NCBI GenBank assembly: GCA_015066525.1
Contig: SVOG01000014.1
Location: forward strand, 190 to 64,189
Reading direction: 5' to 3'
DNA: 64,000 nucleotides
Source of the DNA: Oscillospiraceae bacterium
GTDB taxonomy: Bacteria > Bacillota > Clostridia > Oscillospirales > Acutalibacteraceae
In this document: positions 40,876 through 50,193 of the stretch, piece by piece
How the letters are laid out: every line of letters starts with the position of its first letter
Numbering within the stretch: the first letter of the stretch is position 1
Notes under the pieces: model-generated
Database searches by the model: none
Seen by the model: the letters and a program-made list of their open reading frames with translations, nothing else
Told to the model about the DNA's origin: nothing
Program-made: the position numbers and the translations under genes

Positions 40876-41580
40876 ATGTCTAAGACAAATCGCAGTTTTC
40901 TCAGAATCGGCATTGTGCTGCTGATTATTATCGGTATGACGGGCGGCTCGCTCGCGGTGTACGACACCTTTTTTAAGGAGGAGAGCATCTATGCGCTCTC
41001 GCGCGTCGGCTCCACGGGCAGCGAGGTGCGCAGCATCCAGAATAAACTGAAGAGTCTCGGCTACTATAAAGGCGCGGTCGACGGCATTTACGGTACGCAG
41101 ACGAAGAACGCCGTGATTGCCTTTCAGCGAAATTGCGGCATTACCGTTGACGGTATCGCCGGTCCGCAGACTCTCCTCTATCTCGGGCTCGGCGGCTCCT
41201 CGTCCTCGACGGGTACGGGAAAATATACCGCGCAGGAAGTCAACCTTCTCGCGAAGGTCATTTCCGCGGAGGCGCGCGGCGAGAGTTACGAGGGGCAGGT
41301 TGCCGTCGGTGCTGTAGTACTCAACCGTGTGGCGCACCCGTCGTTCCCTGACTCCATCAGCGGTGTCGTCTATCAGAACGGCGCGTTCTCGTGCGTCTAT
41401 GATTCCAACTGGTATCAACCCGTCGCCGACTCGGCGAAGCGCGCAGCGCAGGACGCGATTAACGGCTGGGACCCGTCGGGCGGCGCCCTCTATTACTACA
41501 ATCCTGCCAAAACCTCAAATGCGTGGATGCTCTCGCGCAAGGTCATCAAGGTCATCGGCAGCCACCGATTCTGCATATAA
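40876..41580 (+). CDS. sleB: Spore cortex-lytic enzyme
   Basis: PG-binding domain (DGIYG, DGIAG) plus Hydrolase_2 [26 protein letters not shown]. Confidence 0.93.
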   Translation: MSKTNRSFLRIGIVLLIIIGMTGGSLAVYDTFFKEESIYALSRVGSTGSEVRSIQNKLKSLGYYKGAVDGIYGTQTKNAVIAFQRNCGITVDGIAGPQTLLYLGLGGSSSSTGTGKYTAQEVNLLAKVISAEARGESYEGQVAVGAVVLNRVAHPSFPDSISGVVYQNGAFSCVYDSNWYQPVADSAKRAAQDAINGWDPSGGALYYYNPAKTSNAWMLSRKVIKVIGSHRFCI

Positions 41581-41711
41581 AACAGGCTGTCTCTTCTCAG
41601 TGAGACAGCCTGAATTTTTGTTGAAGAATGATTGATATATAACGCCGAGAAAAGAATACGTTAAATCTACACATTGTTGGCAGAGAACACAAAAATGAAT
41701 CGTCTTATAGC

Positions 41712-42344
41712 TTAACTACCGATACGGTTAACGAGATAGCAGAATGTGCCTGCAGACGTGTCGTTGAGAACACTGTACGGTTTCCAGTTCATAACATACC
41801 TGTCGGAAAACGTAATCGGACTTTCGTGTCCTCTCGTAGTTCCTGCGCTTGCGTTGGCGCCCCAACGCAGTGTTTCGATTTTTTCTGCTCCGTTATGAAT
41901 GGAAAACTGGGTATAAACACAGTCCTGCTTTTGCGGAGGTTTCAGATACGACAACTCGTTTGTGAGCATAACCGCGTAACCCTCTGCAAAGGTTTTTGCT
42001 TTTTCTCGGATTTGTTCTATTCTTTGGATGTCCTTGAGATACGCATAGCAGTTTACATCCTTTGCTGAGTGGTTTGCAAGAACAAAGGTTTCTGCGTTGT
42101 CAATAATTGTACAGCCTTTTGTTTTATACTTTAACTCAATCGGTATCCATCCGCGGTCTGTGATGACAAGAATATCAATGTGCATTCTTCTGTCAAAGGC
42201 GGGGCAGTATTCAAGCCGTATATCGTAATTTGGGTACAGTTCTTTTATTACCCAAGCGAATTCTAACTGAAAATCCGCCTCGGACACAAAAACCCTGCGC
42301 CTTTCTTTCAAACGGTTCATAATCGTGTCAATGTTTATAATCAT
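41712..42344 (-). CDS. Hypothetical PD-(D/E)XK-like nuclease
   Basis: SEADFQ..LEY..IDILV..IELK pattern; visibly more AT-rich than neighbours. Confidence 0.55.
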   Translation of the reverse strand: MIINIDTIMNRLKERRRVFVSEADFQLEFAWVIKELYPNYDIRLEYCPAFDRRMHIDILVITDRGWIPIELKYKTKGCTIIDNAETFVLANHSAKDVNCYAYLKDIQRIEQIREKAKTFAEGYAVMLTNELSYLKPPQKQDCVYTQFSIHNGAEKIETLRWGANASAGTTRGHESPITFSDRYVMNWKPYSVLNDTSAGTFCYLVNRIGS

Positions 42345-42512
42345 AAATTCTCCTTGATACACAATTTATAATTAAAATGTATCATAAAAGTCAATAATTG
42401 TAAATGAAAAATAAAAACAGTCCGATATTTTGGACGCTTCGAAAATTATTATTGAATTGTCGTTATGTCTGTAATATATTTAAGTTGAAATAATTGCAAA
42501 TGAGGTGAAAAT

Positions 42513-42890
42513 ATGAATCCTACTGACCAAAAGATGGCAAGAATTGCGGTGATTGGATTCTTCGGGCTGATGGTTGCTTTTATCATTGGCGCGGTAACAA
42601 TCGTGCTGATGCCGTTTGCTTTGATTTATGCCATAGGTTACTTGGGCGTGCTGATATATACGTTCATCGTTTACCTGAAAAACCGCCCCGACGAGGCGAA
42701 AGAATCAATGAAACAAATTATTAATTGTGCCGCAAGTCCCGAGGCGGTTCACGCCTCCTATGTGCGCCGCAGCAAAAAGAGGGCAGCAAAGCAACGCAAG
42801 AAGCAACTCAGACAAAGCAAGCGACAGGCGCGCCGACTTGTTATTGCACATTCGGCAAACAAATCAATAAACAATTTCATTTTCAACTAA
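42513..42890 (+). CDS. Hypothetical membrane protein, two TMs and very basic tail
   Basis: GAGGTG RBS, hydrophobic N-half, RRSKKRAAKQRKK tail. Confidence 0.7.
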   Translation: MNPTDQKMARIAVIGFFGLMVAFIIGAVTIVLMPFALIYAIGYLGVLIYTFIVYLKNRPDEAKESMKQIINCAASPEAVHASYVRRSKKRAAKQRKKQLRQSKRQARRLVIAHSANKSINNFIFN

Positions 42891-42959
42891 CTTTAGCAAA
42901 AACAATGAACACAAAACAAAAAAAGAAGCCGACTTGAAACCAAGTCGGCTTTTACCCTG

Positions 42960-44360
42960 TTATTTCGTAAAGAAGGTGAGGAATGCCTTATATGCGTAGT
43001 AGACATCGGTTTTTGCGACGATTTCGTAGGGTGCGTGCATCGAGAGCACGGGTACGCCGACATCAATGGTGTCCACGTCCATATTTGCTACATACATTGC
43101 AACTGTTCCGCCGCCGCCCGCGTCGACCTTGCCGAGTTCGCCGCTCTGCCAGAGAACGTCGTTCTCCTCGAGGAGAGTCTTAACCCAGCTGACGAATTCT
43201 GCTGACGCGTCCGATGTGCCGCTCTTTCCTCTTGCGCCGGTGAACTTCGTCACGCATACGCCGTGATTGATGAAGCTTGCGTTATTCTTTTCGAACGGAC
43301 CGGACCAGGTCGGGTCGAATGCTGCGTTGACATCGGCGGAGAGACATTTGGAATTTCTGAGTACATCCCTGCCCTCGTAGCCCTCGAGTCTTGCGAGGTC
43401 CTCGATGAAGTAGCGCAGATAGGAAGAGTGGAGACCGGTGTTTCCGTCGGAGCCGACCTCTTCCTTATCGGTGAGAACTGTAATAGCGGTGTATTCGGGC
43501 GCCTCGTCGATGTCGAGAATCGCCTGAAGTGCGGGATAGGAGCAAACCCTGTCGTCGTGGCCGTATCCGCCGATGAGCGAACGGTCGAATCCGATGTCGT
43601 CGACAGTGAAGGCGGGCACGAGTTCGAGTTCTGCCGAGAGGAAGTCGCGCTCAACAATGCCGTATTTTTCGTAGAGGAGGGAGAGAAGGTTGAGCTTAAT
43701 ACGCTCGCTCTCCTCGTCATCCTTAAACGGGCGTGAGCCGATGACGATATTGAGTTCTTCGCCCTGTACGAGTTCGTTTGCTTTGCGCTGCATCTGCTCC
43801 TGACCGAGATGGGGGAGAATATCCGTGATGCAGAATTTCGGCTCGCCTGCCGCCTCGCCGATTTTGACGTCGACAAAGGTACCGTCGTTCTTGCAGATTC
43901 TGCCGTGGAGCGAGAGCGGAATCGCGGTCCACTGATACTTCTTGATACCACCATAGTAGTGGGTCTTAAAGAAACCCAGACCGTCCTGCTCGTAAACCGG
44001 GCACTGCTTGAGGTCGAGACGCGGGGAGTCGATATGGGCGGCGGAAATTCTTACGCCGTCTTTGATGCTGCGCTTACCTTTGACGCAGAGGATGACGGAC
44101 TTACCGCGGTTTGCGTAGTAAACCTTGTCGCCCGCCTCGAGCGGGTCGCCGAACTCGTCGAATTTCACGAATCCGTTTTTGACTGCGATGTCCTCCACCC
44201 AGGCTGCGACTTCGCGCTCGGTCTTGCATTCGCCGAGGAATTCCTTGTATCCCTCGCAAAACTCGTCGCAGACGGCGAGTTCCTCATCGCTCATAAAGTC
44301 GATGGCGTTTTCCTTCTTGTTGAATAATAGCTCCTTGAGCTGTTTGGTTTTTTCACTCAT
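42960..44360 (-). CDS. M18 family aminopeptidase
   Basis: AHIDSPRL, YGGIKKYQW, GHDD, EEVGS, SMHAP. Confidence 0.94.
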   Translation of the reverse strand: MSEKTKQLKELLFNKKENAIDFMSDEELAVCDEFCEGYKEFLGECKTEREVAAWVEDIAVKNGFVKFDEFGDPLEAGDKVYYANRGKSVILCVKGKRSIKDGVRISAAHIDSPRLDLKQCPVYEQDGLGFFKTHYYGGIKKYQWTAIPLSLHGRICKNDGTFVDVKIGEAAGEPKFCITDILPHLGQEQMQRKANELVQGEELNIVIGSRPFKDDEESERIKLNLLSLLYEKYGIVERDFLSAELELVPAFTVDDIGFDRSLIGGYGHDDRVCSYPALQAILDIDEAPEYTAITVLTDKEEVGSDGNTGLHSSYLRYFIEDLARLEGYEGRDVLRNSKCLSADVNAAFDPTWSGPFEKNNASFINHGVCVTKFTGARGKSGTSDASAEFVSWVKTLLEENDVLWQSGELGKVDAGGGGTVAMYVANMDVDTIDVGVPVLSMHAPYEIVAKTDVYYAYKAFLTFFTK

Positions 44361-44375
44361 AATGAGTACCTCCAT

Positions 44376-45941
44376 TTATAGAATTGTATCTAAGATACGA
44401 TTGATTTGTTCGGTTAAATCCCTGCCGTCGTTGACGATGGTGAAGTCGCTGTGGGCAGTGTAGTATGCGTCGTCAAACTGCGCGCCGATGCGTGCCTCTG
44501 CCTGCTTTTCGCTGATGCCGTCGCGTGCGATGATGCGCGCGATGCGTAATTCCTTCGGCGCGGTGACAGCGATGATTTTATAGCATTTCTCCTCGGCGTG
44601 CGCCTCGAAGAGTTGCGGCGCGTCGAGCACCGTCAGTCCCTGCGCCTCGTGTTCGCACGCAGCGATAATGGCGGGGTGCATAATGCGGTTGAGCGCCTCT
44701 TTTTTCGATTCGTCGGAGAAGATAATTTGCGCGAGCGCCTTGCGGTCGAGGGTGCCGTCTTTGACGATTTCTGCGCCGAACTGTGACTGAATCGCGGCGA
44801 GTATAGCGGGGTTTTCGGCAACCTCGCGCGCTACGCGGTCGCTGTCGATAATGTGAAAACCATGTTCTTGCAGCATCTTGCCGATATGACCCTTTCCGGC
44901 GCCGCTGCCGCCCGTCAGTCCGATGGTAAACGGCTTTTCAAGGTCAATGATATTGAACGCCGCTGCGCGGATGAGACGGTTGTAGACTGCCATTGCCACG
45001 CCGTCTTTGTGCGGCATACGGGCATAGACCTTTTTCGCGCCGCGCTCGTCGAGTTTCCGAAGCGCGTCGAAGAGTTCCTTTGCCTGGCTTAAATCGTCGT
45101 TTTCGCTGCCGTAGGTAATGTGCGGAATGGTGACCGCATCCCCTTCAAAGCAGAGCGCAAAGGCGTCAGCCCTTTCGTTAACGAAATTTTCATAGGTCGC
45201 TTTGTCCGCATTGACGAGGAGTATTTTCGCCTTTGGGGCATAATGTTTGTATTTCATTCCCGGGGACGCGGCGGTTTCGTTTTCGCCGAGTTCACCGAGA
45301 ACGGCGCCGGCGATTTTTACCTCGCCGATGACTGCTTCGAGCATTTCTTTGGTAATCGCGCCGGGGCGCAGAAGGGTGGGTGTTTCGGCAGCAAGCGTAA
45401 TCACTGTCGACTCCACACCGACGGCGCAGTCACCGCCGTCAATGATGCCGTCAATTTTGCCGCGCATATCGTCAATGACATATTTCGCCTTCGTCGGCGA
45501 CGGCAGTCCGCTCGTGTTTGCACTCGGTGCGGCAACGGGAACGCCGCTCGCTTTTATCACCGCGCGGGCGATTTCGTTCTGCGGCATACGGATTGCCACC
45601 GTGTCGAGCCCGCCGCTTGTCGCGTCGGGAATCAGCGCCGATTTCTTCAGAATAATCGTCAGCGGAGCGGGGAAAAACGCATCGATGAGCGCCTGAGCCT
45701 GTGGCGTGACTTCTTTGACGAGGGGGACAATATCGTCCTTCTCGGCGATGTGGACAATCAGCGGATTGTCGCTCGGTCTGCCCTTGGCGGCATAGATGCT
45801 CCTGACCGCACTTTCGTCGAGCGCATTGGCACCGAGTCCGTAAACGGTTTCTGTCGGAAACGCGACAAGACCGCCGCTGCGAATGATCGCACCGGCAGTT
45901 TGAATATCCTCTTCACTTGTCGAAAGAATTTTTGTTTCCAT
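44376..45941 (-). CDS. Fusion of Sua5/TsaC2 threonylcarbamoyl-AMP synthase and dephospho-CoA kinase
   Basis: PTETVYGL, KGRPSDNPLIVH, SAN, PGMKYKHYAP, then IGLTGGSGAGK, LDRKAL, HP, DAPQLFE. Confidence 0.9.
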   Translation of the reverse strand: METKILSTSEEDIQTAGAIIRSGGLVAFPTETVYGLGANALDESAVRSIYAAKGRPSDNPLIVHIAEKDDIVPLVKEVTPQAQALIDAFFPAPLTIILKKSALIPDATSGGLDTVAIRMPQNEIARAVIKASGVPVAAPSANTSGLPSPTKAKYVIDDMRGKIDGIIDGGDCAVGVESTVITLAAETPTLLRPGAITKEMLEAVIGEVKIAGAVLGELGENETAASPGMKYKHYAPKAKILLVNADKATYENFVNERADAFALCFEGDAVTIPHITYGSENDDLSQAKELFDALRKLDERGAKKVYARMPHKDGVAMAVYNRLIRAAAFNIIDLEKPFTIGLTGGSGAGKGHIGKMLQEHGFHIIDSDRVAREVAENPAILAAIQSQFGAEIVKDGTLDRKALAQIIFSDESKKEALNRIMHPAIIAACEHEAQGLTVLDAPQLFEAHAEEKCYKIIAVTAPKELRIARIIARDGISEKQAEARIGAQFDDAYYTAHSDFTIVNDGRDLTEQINRILDTIL

Positions 45942-45950
45942 AACAACACC

Positions 45951-46017
45951 ATAGCTTGCCGAAGGCAAAATTAGCTCACGCGTTAGCGTGAAATTAGCTT
46001 TCGGAAGCTTTTAGCTT
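45951..46017 (-). repeat. ORF-less copy of the AGCTAATTT-hairpin arm at the prfA stop codon
   Basis: Minus strand AGCTAATTTCACGCTAACGCGTGAGCTAATTTTGCCTTCGGCAAGCTAT closely matches 12281-12328. Confidence 0.88.
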
Positions 46018-47067
46018 TTCCGCCGTGTCCGCGGTAATCAGCGCGTCGATGAGTTCATCGAGGTCGCCGTTTAATATCTGTTCGAGTTTATAAAGGGTGA
46101 GGTTGATGCGGTGGTCGCTCACTCTGCCCTGCGGGTAGTTATAGGTACGGATGCGCTCGCTTCTGTCGCCCGTGCCGACCTGCGCCTTGCGCTCGCCGGC
46201 GATTTCGGCGTCGTGTTTTGCTTTCTCAGCGTCGTAGAGACGGGCGCGCAGTACCTTGAGCGCCTTTTCCTTGTTCTTATGCTGGGAGCGTTCATCCTGG
46301 CACTCGACCACCGTGCCCGTCGGGATATGGGTGATGCGGATTGCCGACGAGGTCTTGTTGATATGTTGACCGCCTGCACCACTCGAGCGGAAGGTGTCAA
46401 TCTGTAAATCCTTGTCATTCAGCTCGAAATCCACTTCCTCCGCCTCGGGCAGCACGGCTACCGTGGTGGTCGAGGTGTGTATTCTGCCCTGACTCTCGGT
46501 CTCGGGCACGCGCTGCACACGGTGCACGCCCGATTCAAATTTGAAGCGTGAGTAAGCGCCGTCGCCGTCGACGGAAAAACTGATTTCCTTGAATCCGCCG
46601 AGACCGGTTTCGCTCGCGGAGAGGATTTCGGTCTTGAATCCCTTTGCCTCGGCGTACATACTGTACATACGGTAGAGCACGCCCGCAAAGAGGGCGCTCT
46701 CCTCACCGCCCGCGCCGCCGCGGATTTCGATGATGACGTTCTTGTCGTCGTTGGGGTCACGGGGCAGGAGCAGGATTTTGAGTTCCTCCGAGATGCGCTC
46801 GATGTCCTCCTTGCTCTGCTCGAACTCGTCCTTTACCATCGCGGCAAAATCCTCGTCGAGTGAAGAATCGCTGAGCATTTCTTTTGACTCCTCGTAGGTT
46901 TCCTTGGCGCTCTTGTATTCTCTGAATTTTTCAACAACCGGGGTGAGGTGCTTTAATTCGCGCATCAGTTTCGTGTATTGCTCCATATCGGCAACCACTT
47001 CGGGCTGGCAGACGAGGTCGTTCACCTCGTTAAAGCGCTTTTCAACTTCTAATAATTTATCAAACAT
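45994..47067 (-). CDS. prfA: Peptide chain release factor 1
   Basis: PET (PxT) motif, [14 protein letters not shown]. Confidence 0.98.
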   Translation of the reverse strand: MFDKLLEVEKRFNEVNDLVCQPEVVADMEQYTKLMRELKHLTPVVEKFREYKSAKETYEESKEMLSDSSLDEDFAAMVKDEFEQSKEDIERISEELKILLLPRDPNDDKNVIIEIRGGAGGEESALFAGVLYRMYSMYAEAKGFKTEILSASETGLGGFKEISFSVDGDGAYSRFKFESGVHRVQRVPETESQGRIHTSTTTVAVLPEAEEVDFELNDKDLQIDTFRSSGAGGQHINKTSSAIRITHIPTGTVVECQDERSQHKNKEKALKVLRARLYDAEKAKHDAEIAGERKAQVGTGDRSERIRTYNYPQGRVSDHRINLTLYKLEQILNGDLDELIDALITADTAEKLKASES

Positions 47068-47070
47068 ATA

Positions 47071-47250
47071 TTACTCCTGAATAATACTCTTGATATTCTT
47101 CTCTATCTTGCTTCTCGGTACCATCACTTCTCTGCCGCAAGCGGTGCAGCGGATTTTGAAATCCACGCCGACGCGCAGTACCTCGAATTCCTTATTGCCG
47201 CAGGGATGCGGCTTTTTCATGATGAGCTTGTCGCCTACGTTAACATTCAT
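47071..47250 (-). CDS. DUF951 family protein
   Basis: MKKPHPCG..RVGVDFKIRC..CGR. Confidence 0.9.
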   Translation of the reverse strand: MNVNVGDKLIMKKPHPCGNKEFEVLRVGVDFKIRCTACGREVMVPRSKIEKNIKSIIQE

Positions 47251-47448
47251 ATAGCCTTGTTGCACTCGAACCAAGCAAGGTTCAGAGTGTCCCTTTCTCG
47301 CAAATACTGCGTTAATTTGTCTTGTAAGGCAAATACACCTTGTTTCAAATAGTCGCAATTATTATAACACTAACATTTCCCATTATCAACATAAATAAAC
47401 AGATAAAAGCATATAAATTATATACAAATAACGACGAAATATAAAGGA

Positions 47449-48363
47449 ATGATGATTTTGAAATTTTATCCCGAGGGAGTTAATGACAGTCTGCTTGCGG
47501 ACTTTAAGAATTATGACGAGGTGAAGGCGGCAATCGAGAGCGGCGATATCTATGAGGGTAGGGTGATGCTCTGTGACAGGGAGCATAATTTACATATTGA
47601 CCTCGGCTTTGCTGAGGGTATTATTCCGCGAAACGAGGGCGCAGTCGGTATTCTCGAGGGCAGGGTGCGGGATATTGCCTTAATCTCGAAAGTCGGTAAG
47701 CGGGTGTGCTTTCGCGTGGCGGGATTTTCGCGCGACGCGCAGGGTGACAGAATGATTATGCTCTCGCGGCGCAATGTGCAGCTCAGGTGTATGAATGAAT
47801 ATATCGCCCATATCCGCCCCGGTGAGATTATTGAGGCGCGGGTGACGCGGCTCGAGGGTTTCGGCGCGTTTATTGACATCGGTTGCGGGGTAAACAGTCT
47901 GATTCCGATTGATATGCTCTCGGTTTCGCGTATCAGCCATCCGCGCGAGCGCCTTGCCGAGGGTGAACTCATTAAATGCGCGCTCAAGAGCCGCGAGGCG
48001 GGCAAACTTACTTTCACGATGAAGGAGTTGCTCGGCACATGGGAGGAAAACGCTGCGCGTTTTTTTGTGGGCGAGACGGTCGAGGGAATTGTGCGTAGTG
48101 TGGAGAGCTACGGTGTGTTTGTGGAACTCGCGCCGAATCTCGCGGGTCTTGCCGAACTGACCGGTACCGTGAGCGCCGGCGAGCGGGTGTCGGTATTTAT
48201 TAAGTCGATTATTCCCGAGCGGATGAAGATTAAACTGGTGATTGTGGACTCCTGCACTCCGGTGGAGGAAAAAGCGCTCACGTATTTCATCACCTCGGGT
48301 GTGATTTCGCGCTGGCAGTATTCGCCAAATGGAGCGGATAGGGTAATTGAGACCGTGTTTTGA
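47449..48363 (+). CDS. Multi-S1-domain RNA-binding protein
   Basis: Three S1-like repeats (FGAFIDIG, YGVFVEL). Confidence 0.88.
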   Translation: MMILKFYPEGVNDSLLADFKNYDEVKAAIESGDIYEGRVMLCDREHNLHIDLGFAEGIIPRNEGAVGILEGRVRDIALISKVGKRVCFRVAGFSRDAQGDRMIMLSRRNVQLRCMNEYIAHIRPGEIIEARVTRLEGFGAFIDIGCGVNSLIPIDMLSVSRISHPRERLAEGELIKCALKSREAGKLTFTMKELLGTWEENAARFFVGETVEGIVRSVESYGVFVELAPNLAGLAELTGTVSAGERVSVFIKSIIPERMKIKLVIVDSCTPVEEKALTYFITSGVISRWQYSPNGADRVIETVF

Positions 48364-48446
48364 GACAGGTTTCGTTTCGTACTGGCAAAAAAATAACGAA
48401 CCGTTTGATGTTTTCTCAAGCGGTTCGTCGTCATTTTTCGCGCATC

Positions 48447-48533
48447 TTATAAATCATTTCTTCTCTTGCAGTATACATAAGCAGGGTCGCTCATAGCAAG
48501 GATGTTAGCGCACGTCATTAAGAGCTTATACAT
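48447..48533 (-). CDS. Putative 28-aa small protein
   Basis: GGAGG RBS, own promoter and terminator; MYKLLMTCANILAMSDPAYVYCKRRNDL. Confidence 0.55.
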   Translation of the reverse strand: MYKLLMTCANILAMSDPAYVYCKRRNDL

Positions 48534-48765
48534 AATACATTCCTCCCGTTTTTTCGTATTTGACAACCGCCCTTTGCGTTTGTCAAGCACATTATAGCGC
48601 CGCGCGCTCAGAAGTCAACAAAAAGAAAGCGGAGTTTATAATTTGTTTACATTTAATTTTTGTGCACCTTAAACAAGGAATCAGCGGGATTGATTTTGCG
48701 AAATTGCGAATTGTTGTATATAATGCACAAAAAACGCCTGTATCAACGGATACAGGCGTTTTTGC

Positions 48766-49215
48766 TCATTCTCTGCCGAATTTTTCCTCTAAAACGAGCG
48801 CTGCGCTATACACAATTTCGGCACAGGGGCGTTTTTTGTAATACTCCTCAGTGCGTGCGTCGGGCGTGGGACTTTCGGGGCGTTTTGTAAGCCCGAGAAG
48901 TTCGCGGCAGTAGATGGAGCCGTTATCATTTCGAAACGCGTCCATAATTTCGCGTGCAGACTCGTAGTTTTTTGTTTTTGCCCGGATGTCGGTAAGGTCG
49001 GTCGAGCCGGTTTCCATACCGTTGACCATCAGCGCACCTGAGAGCGCGCCGCATACCTCGCGGCTCCTGCCCATTCCGCCGCCGAAGGAGGAGGCGAGTT
49101 TCAGCGCGGTGTCATCGTCGATGCCGTATCTGTCGGCAAAGGCGAGAAAGACCGCCTGCGAGCAGTTGCACCCGCTTTTGAATAATTCTCTTGCTTTAAT
49201 CGCTCTTTGTCCCAT
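48766..49215 (-). CDS. C_GCAxxG_C_C family putative redox protein
   Basis: NCSQ, FGGGMG, CGALSG, YCRELL, C-terminal Cys. Confidence 0.9.
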   Translation of the reverse strand: MGQRAIKARELFKSGCNCSQAVFLAFADRYGIDDDTALKLASSFGGGMGRSREVCGALSGALMVNGMETGSTDLTDIRAKTKNYESAREIMDAFRNDNGSIYCRELLGLTKRPESPTPDARTEEYYKKRPCAEIVYSAALVLEEKFGRE

Positions 49216-50183
49216 TAGTTATTTCTGATATCCTTTCCGAAGAGCTGCATTTTGACATACTCGCCCGTGATGCGGCTCGTGATGCGCTTGTCGTATTTGT
49301 TCTCGAGCACTCTGAAATCGTAGTTCGTACTGATGACCGTCGGTTTCTTTGCAAGAATACGGCTGTTGATGATATTATAGAGAGTCGCAATCGAGTACTG
49401 ATTGTCAATCTCGGTGCCGAGGTCGTCGATGACGAGTAAATCGCTGTCGAGGACGCGACGCTTTTTATATGCGATGTCGGTGTCCCTGCCGAACTGTTCG
49501 CTCTGTAAATCCTCACAGATATTCTGGCTCGTGCCGTAGCACACGCTGTAGCCGCGGTTGATGACGACGTTGACGATAGCGAGCGAGAGATGCGTCTTGC
49601 CGAGACCGGGACCGCCGAGGAAGAGCAGATTCTTGCTGGCAGGCGAGAAATTCTGGGCGTAGCGGTGCGCGGCGTCGAGTATTTTCTCAGCGCGCTCGCG
49701 GGGGATGATGCCGTTGCTGTCGGGCGTGTCGCTGTATTTTTCGAGGTCGAAATTGTCAAAGGTGCAGTCGTCGAGCGGTGCAAATTTGCGGATTTCGTCC
49801 TTCATTAAATCCTTGAGCAGTTGACGGTGACAGGAGCACATCTTGCCGCTGACGAATCCCTTGTCCTCACAGATGGGACAGATGTATTCGGGACTCATCG
49901 AGTTTTCCTTATAGCCGTTTTTGACGAGGATTCTGCCGCGCTCTTCGGTGAGCGCCTTGCTTCTTTGGCGCAGTTCATCCACTTTTTCCTGCGTGTTGCC
50001 GCGGTAGAAGAAGAGCTGCGAAATCTCAAGTCCGATGGCGGAGAGTTTGCCCTGAATTTCGTTGACTTCGGGCAGTTTGCTCTTGATTTCCTCCGCTCTC
50101 GTTTCCGCCTCCATCACGGCGCTGTCGCGGCGACGCTCGAGAATATGCTCGGCTTTTATGTAAATTTCCTTTGGATAAGGCAT
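49215..50183 (-). CDS. DnaC/DnaI-like replication ATPase (helicase loader)
   Basis: CPIC..G..CSC zinc site, GPGLGKTHL, DLLVIDDLG, RITSR. Confidence 0.88.
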   Translation of the reverse strand: MPYPKEIYIKAEHILERRRDSAVMEAETRAEEIKSKLPEVNEIQGKLSAIGLEISQLFFYRGNTQEKVDELRQRSKALTEERGRILVKNGYKENSMSPEYICPICEDKGFVSGKMCSCHRQLLKDLMKDEIRKFAPLDDCTFDNFDLEKYSDTPDSNGIIPRERAEKILDAAHRYAQNFSPASKNLLFLGGPGLGKTHLSLAIVNVVINRGYSVCYGTSQNICEDLQSEQFGRDTDIAYKKRRVLDSDLLVIDDLGTEIDNQYSIATLYNIINSRILAKKPTVISTNYDFRVLENKYDKRITSRITGEYVKMQLFGKDIRNN

Positions 50184-50193
50184 TTGGATTCTC

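Noticed and set aside
47255-47345. Hairpin upstream of the DUF951-prfA genes as a riboswitch or leader
   Set aside because: Single stem with no recognisable family motifs
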